DNA of 64,000 nucleotides from the NCBI GenBank assembly GCA_010093605.1, contig MU004194.1, forward strand, positions 254,156 to 318,155, given 5' to 3'. Positions 38,274 through 51,370 of this stretch are shown piece by piece. Source of the DNA: Lophium mytilinum. Lineage: Eukaryota. The notes under the pieces were generated by a model. That model was not told the origin of the DNA, made no database searches, and was given only the letters and a program-made list of their open reading frames with translations. Made by a program: the position numbers and the translations under genes. The stretch's first letter is position 1, and every line of letters starts with the position of its first letter.

Positions 38274-41200
38274 GTTGTGGAACGAGACGCACGGGCGCCG
38301 CGGGCTGGGCGATCCTGGGATGCTGCTGGGGGTCACGGGCCAGGTGTTTGAGGGGGTGCGCACCTTGCATGCCACGGGGTGGTGTCAGCCTTATGGGGGC
38401 GGTGAGCCTCGAGGGTGTTTGGGGCTGGGTAATGCGAGGCTTTGCGGTCGAGGCTGGAGGTGTGAGTTTTGTGATGTCCTGATCGTTGTCGGGTGTGAGT
38501 ATGGAGAGGAGATTTGAGAGTATCACGTGGTGTCACGTGAGCTCCGCGGAGCAGAGTGCACAGCCTTGGACGGAAGTAGAGGTCCGCGGAGAGCACGGGA
38601 TGGATGGCTGAGCGCAATAGTAGATTTAGCTTAGCCATCGGTCACAGATATGTATATGCTTGTGATGCATTGCTTTATTGAATTAATTCAAAATTGGAGC
38701 GACGTGTCAATTGTTTGGTTTATATGTACATACCCGTCTCTTTCTGTTTGGACGAACGACTTTGCAACGTTTAAGACGATAAGAAGCACTACGGACGATG
38801 GGTCATTCCAAGAAACGGACAAACTGATTGCCGTATGGTTGGTACACTTGCATCAAGGCGTAGTATGGAGGTGGCTGAAACAGCACTGCCGTCGTTGTAG
38901 CGCAGCTGAAGGGACAAGTGACTCCAATATAGCGACCGCAGTAGTGCCATGCCAGCATTGCAGATGGTGGGGGCCGGAGCGTATTCTGTATACGCAAATC
39001 GGCTTGTAATGAAGTGAGCATGTGCCTCACGGCTTCCGCCAGGATCTAAAGTCGATTGTTGGTATGCGACATCGTTTTCTTCCGTCCAAATCTGGAGGAA
39101 TGAGGCAAAGTCGCGTGTTTACCAGCATGGCTATGTTGGATCGGTCCGAAGGCTGGCAATTAATTGGAGAGAGGACCAAAGGAACGAGAAATGAGATAGA
39201 TGTCCTGCTGTTGGGCCTCGAGAAGATGCAACGATGCGTGTTACATGAAGCGATCTCATGGGCTTTCATTGGATGGAATCGGAAACCGTTGCTGAGATGA
39301 CGTTATCGGCATAAGGGACGGTATTGCGCATGTAGTGCATGCTGCATGGCCTGGAACAGCTTGTAATTAGTACACATTCCCCATTTGGGCTCGACTTTGG
39401 CTGCTGCAAGGTAATGCATCTCCGCAGTATCCCACAGATCCGGCGCCCTACATTCAAACTCTAGAACCAACAGCTGTATTGATGAGTTGGCTCAATGGAG
39501 CTTCCTCGATGGTGTGGAAGACTTTCGTGACAGACCGGGGATGCCAAGCCCATGGGGGTTTCTGCGTCTGTCGATTATCGTGGCCTGAACCAATGAAAGC
39601 TAGTTCATTTCGCAAAGCGACTGCGGATCTTGGGCACGAGCCAGCCTATGAGATGGAACTGCTGGCCACCCACATCGAAGGGCCGTCGATGCCCGCAAAG
39701 ATTGCTACAGTAGTAGCGGAGGATGGTGGCCCAACCAAGGAGGCTGTACCGTACTTTGACAGGCCGCATACCACAACTGCTTTTGCTTTCGGGGTGGCCG
39801 GTAGCACTCTCAGTCGGTTCCCCGATGCTGGGTCGGAGGCTTGATGAGGATATGAGACAGGTCATGATGTGCAACGGCATGCACGGTTGCGTGGATGGCG
39901 TGAGCTGTGTTCCCTTGCCAGAGTCATGGACACACGGCAGGCGTCTCGGACTCGTCCAGCTCTTACCTCGTTTTAGAGCGTGCGGTGGACCCGTTAGGTT
40001 GGTGGCGTCGGGCTGGAGGCCCTATTCGTCGTCGGTATGATTGACGTCGCCTGGCGTGGACGTGGAGGCGGGCAAGGAGCGCGGGCATCGAGCATCACGC
40101 CCCGATCCGCAACGAACTGGAGGACCGGTCCGCACATGCCGACTCACCCGCAGCGTAGTGCGGTCATGTGCTTCGGCGGCGTTCAGCGAGGAGGGAATTG
40201 CGAGCTTGATGCCAGCCTCGAGCGCGCTGCATCGTGGAATCTCGAGACCGCCGGGGAGCAGGATGAGGCATACGGCCCCCACGACTCGGCGACGATTCCG
40301 CCGGTGGCGGATTGTACCTTGGTAAGAAGGGAGTTTTCCAGCAGTACGGAACGCTACAGAGCGCGAAGTCAGGCGACGGCGACTCGAGCTCAGCTGGGCG
40401 AGAGCGCGAGCTCCTGTGGCCGGGATGCCGCAGCGCAGACCGCGCGGAAGGGCAGGCGAGTGGGAGAGAGTCCCGAGACGGGGGGTTAGGCAGCAAAGAA
40501 ATGTGTCGATTCTTTGCGAGGTGCAGCAGAAAGCCAGCACACAGCGCTTCTCTTAAGCGCTGATTCGGCTGGCACAACGTGGGTCTGCAGACGGCACAGG
40601 GAAAGCCTTCCGAGACGAAACACCACGGGCTGCGAGACGAGGGGCTGGCGCTTAAACCCTGAGCCCGTATGCACGCCTGCGACAACGCCGGCGACCACCA
40701 TGCAGAACATCGCGCCCTGCTCCAACCACGGCACTTGACGCCCCGCCCTCAGAAGCAACGAAGATAGCTGCAATTAACGGCTGCCATTGACGCGGGTCGA
40801 CCTGCCTGGACGAGTCAGCGCCGGCCCACAGCGGGTATCACCTCGACGCAGCAGCGCATGCATGCTTGATGCCCGGCCAGAGTGCGCAGAGGGCGGCTGC
40901 TGCTCCCCACGAGCCAATCTCAACGCCCAGCGGCTAACTGCGATCCCCGGCTCGCGGGTCCAGGCAATCAAGATGGCTGTCGTGCCCTTGCCGCAGTGTC
41001 GCGAGTGTCAATCCTTTCCTTGCCACCATGCCACTCGGGCCCACCCCGACCAGCCAGAAGACGCCGTGGAACGAGTTTCGCGCGACTGGGAGCTTGTAGC
41101 AACCTGAATGAGTGATTTTGATTGAAGATGAGCCGCCGCTGGAGCGATCCAGCGGCGGGATGTGCGACCTCTAGAAACCAAGCAACCAACCGAACTGACC

Positions 41201-41421
41201 CGCCAACTCCAAAATGCACCGTAGCCTGCTAACTCCGGATTGTCCCCAATGGTATCGCACAATCAATACTGCCGCCCAACAATGGCCGCCCACATGCTGT
41301 AATAAATCAACCGTGTCTACTTTCCCGCGGTCCATGCTGCCTTGCATGTCCGCCCGCCTGACGCGCTCCCCCTCTTCTTAGTGCCCAAGTTAACCACGTC
41401 CAACGAGCCCTGTCTGTCCCT

Positions 41422-42774
41422 CTATAGTCGCGCAAAGTCTTCGGTCTTGAACAGTGGTGTGGCTTGGCCCGCAGGCGAACGTGAGTCCGCGGGGTTGTGG
41501 TACTCTTGGCGTACGGTAGCCGACGCGTCCGGGCTTCCGGCAGGTCGCGATGGCGCCGTGCGTAGAGGCATTATGTTGTGGTGGCCGACCTCGAAACGTC
41601 TCGGGCACCCGTCTTCTTCGTGCCTGATCCAGAGTCAGCAATGGCGCTTCATAATTAATAACGTGGTAGAGTAACGAACCTTCGGAGCGTGTCCCTTCGG
41701 GCGAAGTGTGCCTCGCATGCAGCGCACTTGAAGTTCTTCGTCTTCACATGCACCTGTGTCCGATTTTAGTAACGCTCGAGCAGGATTAGGAAGCTCACTC
41801 ACGCTCTGCTCGTGCCTCGACAGGTCCGTCTTCCTAACGAACCCTCTCTGGCAGCTTGGATATGGGCACTTGTGGGGATGCTCCCGCAAGGGGTCGTGCG
41901 TCGTCATGTGGGCCTTGTGATTGTAGCTGCGTTGGAACAGCTTGTGGCAGATCTCGCACGCGTAGTTTGCGTTCTGCGGCGTCGTTGGGTTCCGTCGGAT
42001 TCTTATGCGGTTGCTGCGACCGGCGAAGTGGTCTCTTCTACCCGAGCTCCTCCGTCTCTCAGGCGGAGCACTTCTGCTGTTCCTGTCTTCCATCTTGGCA
42101 GACTCTGCTGTGGCCTCCGACTCCATCATCTGGAATGTTGGCGAGCTGTAGTCGTAGCGATACGATAGACCGTTGTTTGACAGTCGATCTGGGGAGACGG
42201 TCAACGGCTGCTGACGAAGGACGCTGTGAGGAGAAATGTCTCCATCGTTGAGCCAGTCGTTGGGCGTTTCGAGCTTGACGTTGGGCGTGAATACCACCTC
42301 AGAACCGGCTCTTGAATACATTGACGTCTCGTTCGAAGATGACACGGAAGATCGGTGCGAGTAATGGTGTTGCGCGCTGAGGTTAGGAGAACGGTTGGGG
42401 TCAACAAGCCCGTTAGGAGGAAAAGCGTAGGACTGGTTCCAAGAAAGAGGCGAACGAGTGACGGGTGGATCGTACAGACTGGGCCACTGATCCGCCGAAA
42501 CCTCTGGCATGAGAGGAGATGTGGTGTTGCTCATGTGTGGGTTCCAAGCCTCGGTAGGCTGAGGCGATGGAGGGTACAGCGTCGACGCGTTCTGAGGCTG
42601 GCCTACCGGGAGTGCTATCGAGTAGTTGTACAGGCCGAGTGCGTCTGGAGAGTAATTGACCGCCGAGTCACTTCGTGCTGGAGAGGGATAGCTGGGCGAC
42701 TGGCCCAGAGTTTGTGACTTCATGGACTGTCGAAAATGGGAGCGCAAGGAGGGTGACGGGTGGGAAGAGTCCAT
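41422..42774 (-). CDS. C2H2 zinc-finger transcription factor (three fingers)
   Basis: CEICHKLFQRSYNHKAHMTTH, CPYPSCQRGFVRKTDLSRHEQS|VH, CAACEAHFARRDTLR|RHEEDGC; two introns; spliced frame ends FARL*. Confidence 0.88.
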
Positions 42775-43639
42775 GGTGTAGGAGAAGTACAGGATATGTA
42801 GGAAGTTGGATGGACGCCAAGCGAGGTGTGGTGCCGTGGGGCAGGACGAAGCGGCAAGCAGATATTGGTCCAACGAATGTGGGATGGCAGCAGGATGATT
42901 TATACAACGAGAGGGTGCAGCGGGATGGATGGCAAGGGAGGAGGATGGTTGGAGTCACAGACCGAACTATAAAGCAACGGCATTGGAGAACAGCCTCAGT
43001 ACATGGACACGCTTCATGTATTTTTACAATTGGTGCGGCGGTGTGGTGGCAGCAGAGTGCAGAAAGACGTTAGGAAGTTGGGACGAGGCAGACTCGGAAA
43101 TGACAAGTGCATGGTGTGGCACGCCGGGCGGCAGCGCCAGAGCGACCGGCATCCGTTCTCGAAGAGAGCCAGTGTCGTGAGGCTGCGCCGGGTTAGCAGA
43201 AATGTCGCGCAGACGCAGAGCGGTGCAGGGAGCGCGCGAGGGAGCGGAGAGAATGCTGGCGTCGGCCTGGAGCCATGCAGAACAGCCCTGGCAGCATGTC
43301 ATTGCGCGACCCGAGAGACTGGCACCGGATGGGGGGGGGGTGTGCCAGATTGCGCCAAGGTCGCTGCTCCGCCAACTTAGCCGCAATCGCCCCATGTGCG
43401 TGCGCCGGCCCCTGCATCGAGCCTTGTGCCCTCCTCGAAGCGCGCTGCTAGGGAGGGGGATCCGCGGTTGGTTGCCATGGGCCCCATGCTGATGCCAGAG
43501 TCTGCGATCGTTGCATTTGATACCATGTACAGTTGCGCGCGCAGGCGCCAGATCGGTGCACCCAGCAACGCAGAGACCGCGCAAGAGACAAATGAAAAGG
43601 CAGCAGCCGGGTGGCATGCCGTTGGATTGCTTCCCTGAC

Positions 43640-43740
43640 GCTCCCTGACTCCCCGATACTCCCTGATGCCGTGATGCCCTGATACCTGATACCTGATACC
43701 GTTATGCCGTGATGCTCCTGGCTGCCCCGATGCGCCCAAC
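43640..43740. repeat. Degenerate 7-8 bp microsatellite (CCTGATA / CCGTGATG)
   Basis: ccctgatgcc gtgatgccct gatacctgat acctgatacc gttatgccgt gatgc. Confidence 0.6.
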
Positions 43741-43768
43741 ACGCCCGATGCCTCCTCTCCCCGAGCAC

Positions 43769-46700
43769 CTACTCCGCGTCGGAGGGAGCGGTCCCTTGCT
43801 GGCCCTGCAGCTGCCCGACCATGGCAGTGAGCTGCTCTACCTGCGAACTGAGGTTGATGACCAATGATCTCAGCTGCGCATCGCCCTCGGACGGGCCCGT
43901 CGCCGTGTGCGGCCGATACCCAGCCGGAGATCTGCCCAGGTGGCCGTCGAGCGAGGCTTGGACGCCCGTTGCTGCCGCTAACGGACGTGGAGAGTTAAGC
44001 GATGACTTCAGCGGTGGCCGTTTCTTGGAAGGCGACGTCTCGGGGCCGCCCATCGACAGCGACGTGGCCGGGGCCTGCGCTCGATTTTTCCAGTAGTCCT
44101 GTCCATGCTCATACGCCCAGATTGCGGCAACGAACGGGAAATGTGTCCCCTTGAGCAGAACGATGCGTGCGCTCCTCAGTCGTTCCGCGGGGAGCACGAG
44201 TCGGAGGGGCCGAAGGACGAGAGCGATCAGGTTCTGCGGCGCTAGTCAGTCCACGGCTCGACAATGTGTTCGGTAGTAGTGTCGGGCACGCCATCGGGCT
44301 AGTAGGAGCTTCAGACTGAAGCAACGAATAGAGCCAGGAGCTGTGCACCGCCAACTCGACATCATCGAGCTCCTCAGCCTCAGCTACTCGAGCCAGGTGG
44401 GGCGACGGTGTGGAGAAGTACGGGGCCTATCCAGTCTGCCTTGAGAGTTCGCCACAGGACTCGAAGCCAGCTCCCCGAGCAGACGGTATCGTGCGACCGC
44501 CAGTCGCGATTGGAGGCTATGCAGCGGTCTCTGGGCGGCCGGCGGCTATCTGCGACGTTTCAAGTGTTGCTGAAAATAGGAAAACTCACGAGCGGCGGAA
44601 GATAGTAAGTTAGTCGGTTGGAAGTCGACGCTTCAAGCACGTAAACCGAATATCTGGCAAACATGCGGTCAGTGCTTGTGCGGTGAGGCCAGCCTCGAGC
44701 GAACGTACATGTAGAGGTATTCGTCACGTGCGTGGTCAAGAACCTACAACAACGGTTAGCGCATTTCTATTTTCGGCGTGCTGCTCAACATGCACACCGC
44801 GATGCGAGCGGGGGCCGAGCATCGCGTTCGGCGGTCGCATGGCCGGGAGTGTCGGATGGCAGCCTGAGAGCCTGAGGTTGAAGAGCGACGATGCAGGAAC
44901 TCGGCGCGCAGCAGAGTGAGGCTGGGGGGTGTGTTGCAACAAGGGTGGTGCTCGAAACGAAACGTCTCGTCCAATCGATTTTGCCAAGACCGCATTTTCG
45001 CTTGAAAGCCACCTTTTCCCGTGAAAGAAGTTTCCGCGCTATCCTTACCTTGGTGAGGCTGTTTGACAACAGCGATATTAGCGATGTGATGAGCAGAATG
45101 TTGGTTAAGGCCACGAAAATGAGCTGCGGCCCCGGTCAGCGGATCAAAAGGACATGTGGTGACAGTGTGCCGTGGAGTGCATACCATGACGGGTGGACCG
45201 AACAACGGGGAGCTGGAACACCAATTAGCACACGATGTATCCGTTCTAGAATGAGGCTTTACATTTCTTGCGCCACATCCTGCGATTGCACCGTTAGTCA
45301 CTGCGCTCTCGTGGGCGCAGCTATGCGTCCGGGCCATGGGTTTACTCACAAAGCCTAGATAGCTTGATCTGTCGACCGTTAGCATTCAGCGGTCAGTCAG
45401 GTAGAGAAGTGGAGCACCGCCACACCGCCACACACTCACCCGAAAAAGACTTTAATCAGTATCCAGGACATCTCCCTGGGCTTGATCTGGTCTCGGGCCA
45501 GTAGCGTAAATGTCGTTAGAAACCCTATGTGCATAAGCGTCATCGCCGTGAGGTTGCCCGAGCGGTGTGGCCTACCGAGATAGAGGATTACCACTAAGGA
45601 AAGGAACTTGCAAAAGTCCTTTGTCTGCAGATCGTTCAGTGTCGGTCAAGGCCACCGCCGGAGACTCCTGGGCCCACTTACCATCTCCTTCAGGCATGGA
45701 ATCTGTTCAAAGTTAGCCAGTGTTTTGGGTTGGCTGGAAATTGCACCGATGTGACCAGACGCGCTAAGTGCTGTGCCACTCTGGCCTAGAACACCCCTGA
45801 CTAGTTCCAGGCATTCGTACAATAGACACCAGACACAACAATTCGGAGCTGTTCAGGGAGAATCCAAATGCAAAATATCAACTGCAACTCACCAGTGTGC
45901 CAAAATAAGGATTCAGGCTTAACAAGGAAAAGATCCTAGCAAAAGTCAGCGCCATACCCACAGGGAGTGAGTGTGTACTGCATGGGACTCACCTAGGAAT
46001 CAGGAGCAGAGCCTCCAGCGCCAGTATGTCAAAGGCCATGTCCACCAGACTACTCGAATGTATGGATAACCCAACGATTCCTTCAAGGTCAGTACTGGAC
46101 AAGCAGTTCTTAGCGACCGCTAACTTACGAAGGACAAGAAATGCCGCGCCGAGGACGACAATACTTAGGTCCCAGAGAAACCAAAAGTCCGTTGTGTAAA
46201 AGGAAGTCTGTCCGGCATCTTGAATCTCGCCAAATTCGTCATACGCAAAGCCAGCTATCCAAATGTACAGGAAGATCTCCGCTGGGGTGATGTGGGTATA
46301 GTTTCGCTGGACAAGAACTGCATAGTAAAGCAGAAGAAATGTGGCGAAGAACAATGTCTCGAACGTCTTGAGATACCTAGGAACCCGCAGTCTGCAGAAT
46401 GGGTCGGCGCGCCTTCCTTCCGGTCAGCAACGCAGCAACATGGGGCTTGAAAGGGAACACGGGCGAACAGTTGCACTCGCCAACGTACCTACGGTTGTAC
46501 CGCTTCGCTTCCTTGACGGAGTCGAATCTTAGAGTTTCCCAAAACACAATATCACCCTAACGAGGTTAATGCTGTGACCGAACCACAAGCACGTTTAGAG
46601 CTGACTTACGCGCCATATACCATCGATGATCCTCTGAATGATCCGTTGGCTGAGAAACTTCTTCGAACCGGATACCGCGGCGATCTCCAAGGCACTCAAG

Positions 46701-47829
46701 TTGACGAATTGATTGGTGAAATCGTCACCTTGTGCAGCGGCGGTGACTTCGGTAACACTGTCGGTTCCGAAACGCTGATGCCCATTCGTACCATTGGACT
46801 CATTCAAGAGCGGCGTATCCTCGTTGGCTACATTTGATGCTGTGTAACCGTTGCTTCGAGTCAACACCCCGGATTCCGGATCTTGCTCCTGCGGTGTTGC
46901 AGGCTCCACTGGAGGCAGCTCGTACAAGAGGAACTCGATGGCTTCGCGTTCAGATAGGTGAGTGACAAAACGCCACGCTACTATCTCGCAAGCATACCCT
47001 CTAGCTTCATTGACCCCCCTATCGTCGTCAGACTCTAGCGCCGAAAAGTGTGTCTTGAGGGCTCTGTAATCGTTAGCGTTGCAATAGTGGCCAGAAAAGG
47101 TTTGTGCATCATCAAAGGTAGGACATCTTGTCATAGATCTGTGTAACCTCTTCTGAGACCAGGGTATTCGCAGATAACCACATATACCCCCACTCAACTA
47201 GCTGTCCCTATCCATATACCGCAGTCGGTAGTGGTCTAGTGACTAGGAAAGTGTTGCAACTGATGAACTTCCGACTTTTCAGACTTTCGGAAAGAATTCG
47301 AAAACAGTAACAATGCACCACCAACCCTACACAAATCTACGACGAAGCACTCTGTGCAACGGCACATGTAAGAAAAAGTACCCACAGTAGTGCTGACACA
47401 ATAGCAGGATGATGGACTTCGTCCGAGAGATACTTGATCAACGGTGACAAAACAATCCCTTTCGGAATTGACCGTAGCTCTTCGAAGGTATAAGGCGCTT
47501 CAATCGCCGAAGCGAAATAACTTTTTGAATCTCGGTTAGCACTTGGTAAATAAAAGCAGTGGTGTAGTTATTCTGCCCATTCACATGTCTTCTCTTTGCT
47601 GAGCGAGGATCTCCCTCCGCGATCTGAGCAATGCATCCAAGCCTCGTAAGAGATTTTCGTGGATGCCTCAAACATGTATAGAGGAAGACAAGAAGCCAAG
47701 TGAGGCCCTGATGCAAAGTACTCACAATGACAGCTTTTCGACGAGGTTAGAGAAAGGTTCGTCGTCGCTAATGGCTGGCACCTCGAGAACGTGCTCCTGC
47801 CACATCGGGGTTGTTGGTCGAGACGACAT
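43769..47829 (-). CDS. TRP-family non-selective cation channel (Yvc1/TRPY-like), many exons
   Basis: VPAISDDEPF...YTFEELR; EARGYACEIVAWRF; LSALEIAAVSGSKKFLSQ; RLRVPRY; WIAGFAYDEF; LEALLLIPR; pore GSSYLGFD; S6 LTNILLITSLISLLSNS; YYLPPL|NLI. Confidence 0.82.
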
Positions 47830-48169
47830 GACAAACTACAGTTGCAACATTAGGAGAAGATTGGTTTTCGACGAGAGTGAAGCCATCGAAGTAGAGACAC
47901 GTGCGGAATCGAAACTGACGTCGTCACGTCGTGATGAAAACCAAGTCGCGTTGGACTCACCAGGCTATTACGTTTCCGGCCGAACATTACCCGATGGCAC
48001 GTGCACTATGGCTCTTTACGTTCTCAACGTCCATCCAAACATCTTTCAGCCATCACCTGCATCTCACCTCCTAATAGCATTGGAAAGCGACCAGCTCCAT
48101 CCGCCGTGATATGGGACGATGATGGGGACATAGCGGCCGTCTTCAGCTCATCAACTGTTTCAAGCCACT

Positions 48170-51153
48170 ATGTCCAACTTGACTTCAGACGCAATCACAA
48201 TGCTGACCTTATCGTCTACTAACGTGTTCACTACTGTCGACGCGGCTACTTTCGAGGCATATCAGAATGCGATATCTCGTATTCCTCGTGAAAGGCCGAG
48301 GAGATCGCGCCGACGTAACCAGACAGCTAGTTCGAAACCTCCACGCGAAGATACTGACGGAGAAAGACTAGACTTCCCGCAAGATGGCATTGCCGATTCA
48401 ACTCGAAGCCTGGACCAGAGCATAGGGTCTGTCGGTCAAGCTGCTGTTCAACAAGATCATACTATTAGCGGAACAATTACATCTGAGGTGCCGACCGTGG
48501 ACTACAATGTCCATCAAAACAGCAGCATGGGGAGTACTGTCACCGTCGTGTATGAATCGAGCATCAACAGTCGAGGCAAAGCCGTCCCTCACCTCGAGCC
48601 CACTGGGCTCAATGAAGGCGGTATCGAAGAGGAAGCACATCACAAGAGCGTCTCCGGCCCTGAGAAGAAGCACGCTCTCTCTACTAAACTACTCCAGTTC
48701 TCTCCAGCAACTAATACATCTTTTCGAAGCACGACACAAGCGCTAGAGGCCGGTCGTCAATTTGGGTTTCCATATCATATTGAGTCAACCAAGGTAGCAT
48801 CAGGCATGAGTCTAGAAAATTCCTACAGAAGCTCTCCTGAGTTAGCCAGCCAAGAAGTCAGACGTCAATCCAATGTTATAGGCAATACCAACCCATTGAC
48901 CATAGAAGCCCGTCCACCTTCAGCTTCTTCCCTGGTTCGACAGCATGTATCGGAGCTGGGTGTCCTGGAGCTACAAGAAACCAGTGGTGACAACGGCGAC
49001 TTAGATGGGGACCTCTCTGCAGTTTCTCGACTGCGAAAACGTAAAAGACGACTTCCTGTTGACCAACTCATGCTCCTTCCTCCATTAGTCGGTGACGATG
49101 AGGTCACTTTTGTACGTTCTACAGTGCGTTGTCCACGTCCTAGAGGTTCGCACTCTCCTGCCACTGCTTGTGGCGCCTCGTGGTAGTTTCAGGATTCCGA
49201 ATCCAACGAGGGACCTACCTTTGAAACATATGGTAAACTCATGAGCCCAAGCAGCGCCAGAGGAATTCACGCATTGGTAATGTGCTACATCGTCCAAGAA
49301 CTCTGAAAATACCATGACGCTCCACAAGCGGTGGCTAAAGAGCGTGCGGATATCTGACATAGTAAGCAATTCTGTCATTGAATAGCGCTAATTTCATGTT
49401 TTCTCATTAGCCAGATCGACCAGACATCGAGAAAGACCCAATCGAGGAAACTCGATCTCAGCCTAGGAAAAGGTTCGCTTCAGCCGAGAAGCCGCTCCTT
49501 CCACGCTCCAAAACACATATGAAGAACCCCTCCAGGTTATTCCGAGTTGTGAAAACGCAAAGCAATCCGACTGTTGATCTTACTAGGTTCCGCATTCCAA
49601 AACGATGTCGCAGCAACGTGAGCGCTTCAAAAAGCTTGATCCACACAAGTTTTGCAGACGGATTCGAAGGTGCAGAGCTGAACATGCTTCCGAAGTTGCC
49701 CAGACGCATTCGTCGACGGCCTCGGCCTACGAATGGAAGCACGCTAGTTCTAGTGAAAGGTTTACTCCCAGCTCCTTGTTTTGCGAGTCTCAAGCAGGAT
49801 CATACTTTGGTGATGGGGATCACCGATAGCACTCCAGCCGAGCGATTAGATGAAGAACAACCCCGAAACGAGACTGGCCTAGAGAAACAGAACAATACTA
49901 CATCTCAAGGCATGCCTGCGTGCAAACAAGTTCAAGAACAGCAGTCTTCCTGCTCGGTGATCGACGAGGACGAGATCATGCCAGAGATACCAGACGCACG
50001 TGTAATGTTCATGGAGGACCACACATTTGGCGACGATGCTTTGGGCGAGGGCGAGATTGGAGGTAACGATGCAGACGATGAAGGCGGGTACCAAAACGAA
50101 GATTACGCAGAAGAGTTTGAGGAAGAAGTTGAGAGTGAGCTCGATGAGCCGTTGAGGGAGGATGGTCAAGGATTCGAGGAAGAGACCGATGGGGCGGGGG
50201 ACGACGCTGAAGACGAAGACGAAAGTACTGCGGATGAGATGACGGAGCAAGCTGATGAAGAGACTGAAAGTGGTGATGAGACTGTCGATAATGCCGAGGA
50301 CACAGATAAGTTTTCAGGTGATGAAACATCGAAAGGCACGGAAACTTATATCGATGAAAATCATGTCGAAAATGAAACGTTGCAGGACCAAGCCAGCTCG
50401 TCAGGCAGCACATGGGACGGCTTCTCAGAGCACGACGCTGCACCTAGGGAAGACAGTATTTTAGCAGAATCTGGGGTCGAACTCGCAAAGGCTATGCCTC
50501 AGAATTCTTCTCAGAACCCAGAACCAGACGATCTCGACGATATGCTATGTCGTCCCGGACAAGCATCACGGATGCGATCAAAACACCAGTGGATGGAAGT
50601 GCAAGATGAGATCCAAGACGACGAGCCAACTGACTTGTACGGCTTTTACCAGCAAAGGAAACGAGGTTCATCTCTCCCGAGGTCGCATACTACACCCCAC
50701 CGGCAGTTCCAAGACCCCGAGGAATCTATGGCGGCATTGTCTCTGGACCCAGGTGGCTACTTTGCCAACGCATCTCTGCAGCTCTCCGTCATACCGGAAA
50801 CCTCCTTTCCTTCTCCACACCCACACCAAGTTCTGCACGACGAGCCTGATTATTCAGAAGAGCAGGATGACGTCTTGACGGAGCTTAGCTTTCCTAGGAC
50901 AAAATCACTTGCCGCAAGCTCCTCTCAGCATAGCTTTCTTTCGAGAACGAGTTGGAGGAGGTATTCCACCGTGGTTGTGACCCCCTCAAGGAGTCTAAGT
51001 TCTTTAGCAAAGGTCACAAACACGTATTCGGGAACGACATCGGGAAAGCCACGCAGGACGCCGTCACTTCCATTCGTACCCCCATTTCTCAAAGAAAAGA
51101 CGTTCGGAAAGCATGTTGTCGCAGATCCAACGTCTATACCATCAAAGCGCTGA
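48170..51153 (+). CDS. Large low-complexity, acidic hypothetical protein; 5' end uncertain
   Basis: 338 aa and 544 aa ORFs can be joined through GT-AG introns near 49112-49190 and 49362-49410; long D/E-rich tract; C-terminal SLPFVPPF. Confidence 0.5.
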
Positions 51154-51370
51154 GCGTTCTGCCGGAGGGAGGCCATTGCAGGGGTGCTGCGCTCACAGAG
51201 TGTGTCTCTCAGTTTCCTTTCAACCTCATATACATATCTCAGATGGATCATGTCGGTACCGATAGTGCGGAAGCAGCGCCATAGCCTTCAAGCTAGAGTA
51301 GCCATGTTATCATACATAGTCTATAGCAAAGATATGCAACTATATGTAATTACAGCAACTCATATAGATC

